DNA from: a bacterium
GTDB taxonomy: Bacteria > Patescibacteriota > Gracilibacteria > UBA4473
DNA length: 64,000 nt
Assembly (NCBI GenBank): GCA_018648585.1
Contig: JABGQW010000019.1
Location: 3,133-67,132, forward strand
Reading direction: 5' to 3'
Each line of letters starts with the position of its first letter. Position 1 is the stretch's first letter. Below the pieces are notes generated by a model. The model did no database searches. It worked only from the letters and a program-made list of their open reading frames with translations, and was not told the DNA's origin. Shown piece by piece: positions 63,457 to 64,000 of this stretch. A program made the translations under genes and the position numbers.

Positions 63457-64000
63457 ATGGAAATTCCGGTCGTCGCAACCGCGTGGGATTGGCACAATCT
63501 CTACGGTCTCTGGAGCTGGGCAACTCTGTTCTGGGGAATCGGATTGATTCTTTTTTGGGGAATTATGCGAAAAAGCGTGTATTTTCTTCGGTTGTGGCAC
63601 CAAAAACGTTCTTCAAAAAAACACGTGCACATGCGCGTGACACTGCCGAGAAACGATTCGAAACTCGACAACGAAAAACGAACCGAAAAAGATTTTCACG
63701 AGGCCGTCGCAAAAGCGGAACAATTTTATCGCGCGATCCACGAAACTCGCGATCTCAACTGGCACAATGTCTGGATGCGCCGCGTCCCGTGGGGCGATCC
63801 GTACATTTCGCTTGAATTGCAATTCCGCGATCGCCAGATGGATTTTGTAATTATCTGTGATAAATATTACGCCGAAATTATCAACAAACAAATCACAACT
63901 TTTTATGAATCTGCGGAAATTGAACCGCTGGAACCCGACAAACGTTTTTCTTTTGATCCAAAAAAAGAAGTTGTCAACGGGTACGGATTGTACACGGCCA
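63457..64000 (+). CDS. membrane-anchored protein, N-terminal part only (continues beyond the window)
   Basis: ATG 18 nt after the giant ORF stop. The frame stays open to the window end, so it is absent from the ORF track. Hand translation: MEIPVVATAWDWHNLYGLWSWATLFWGIGLILFWGIMRKS...MRVTLPRNDSKLDNEKRTEKDFHEAVAKAEQFYRAIHE... Confidence 0.55.
   Translation, partial: MEIPVVATAWDWHNLYGLWSWATLFWGIGLILFWGIMRKSVYFLRLWHQKRSSKKHVHMRVTLPRNDSKLDNEKRTEKDFHEAVAKAEQFYRAIHETRDLNWHNVWMRRVPWGDPYISLELQFRDRQMDFVIICDKYYAEIINKQITTFYESAEIEPLEPDKRFSFDPKKEVVNGYGLYTA

Noticed and set aside
1-64000. Alternative genetic code (UGA recoding as in some candidate phyla)
   Set aside because: TGA terminates recognisable genes at the expected positions (dGTPase-like gene at 1376, LemA at 3334, prfA at 21916, ndk at 44697). 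Conserved proteins are full length under the standard code.

Overview
64-kb chromosomal window from a compact bacterial genome rich in A/T runs. It uses the standard genetic code: TGA, TAA and TAG all terminate recognisable genes. The gene content includes a giant repeat-rich surface protein, a prepilin peptidase, many short hypothetical genes and sparse metabolism. This resembles Patescibacteria/CPR-type genomes, but that placement is inference only. I support about 56 protein genes, one tRNA-Phe(GAA) and one tmRNA. Housekeeping genes: murA, lgt, rsmA, proC/proA/proB, secG, ruvX, an ECF sigma factor, prfA, nusA, infB, tsaE, holA, ndk, rel, a class B PBP, tkt and dnaJ. I found no rRNA, CRISPR array, integrase, transposase or phage structural gene, and I did not recognise a complete known defence, mobile or secondary-metabolite system. 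The points most worth a second look are listed here. (1) The ssrA locus has a perfect 20-nt copy of the tmRNA 3' end 161 bp downstream. It also carries a ~120-nt element shared with the tRNA-Phe flank, an unusually long 24-aa tag, and an adjacent A+T-rich accessory block. That block holds a TrmB-like/HD-hydrolase operon and ndk, and the block together with ssrA lies next to rel. (2) Many genes have a -10 hexamer 7-8 nt upstream of the ATG (leaderless architecture), including a 46-bp divergent region with two fully overlapping promoters. (3) A lipoprotein combines a Kazal-like and a Kunitz/BPTI-like domain. (4) There are unusual fusions and multiplications: riboflavin kinase + 5-formyl-THF cyclo-ligase, a triple alpha/beta-hydrolase, amidase + SpoIID, and a membrane domain + HEAT repeats. 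(5) Two tandem paralogous genes of unknown function and about 10 kb of other genes separate nusA from infB. (6) A 1662-aa repeat protein is followed by a membrane-anchored gene that runs off the window. The many long antisense ORFs in the track are compositional artefacts. Coordinates of hand-mapped motifs may be off by 1-2 nt.
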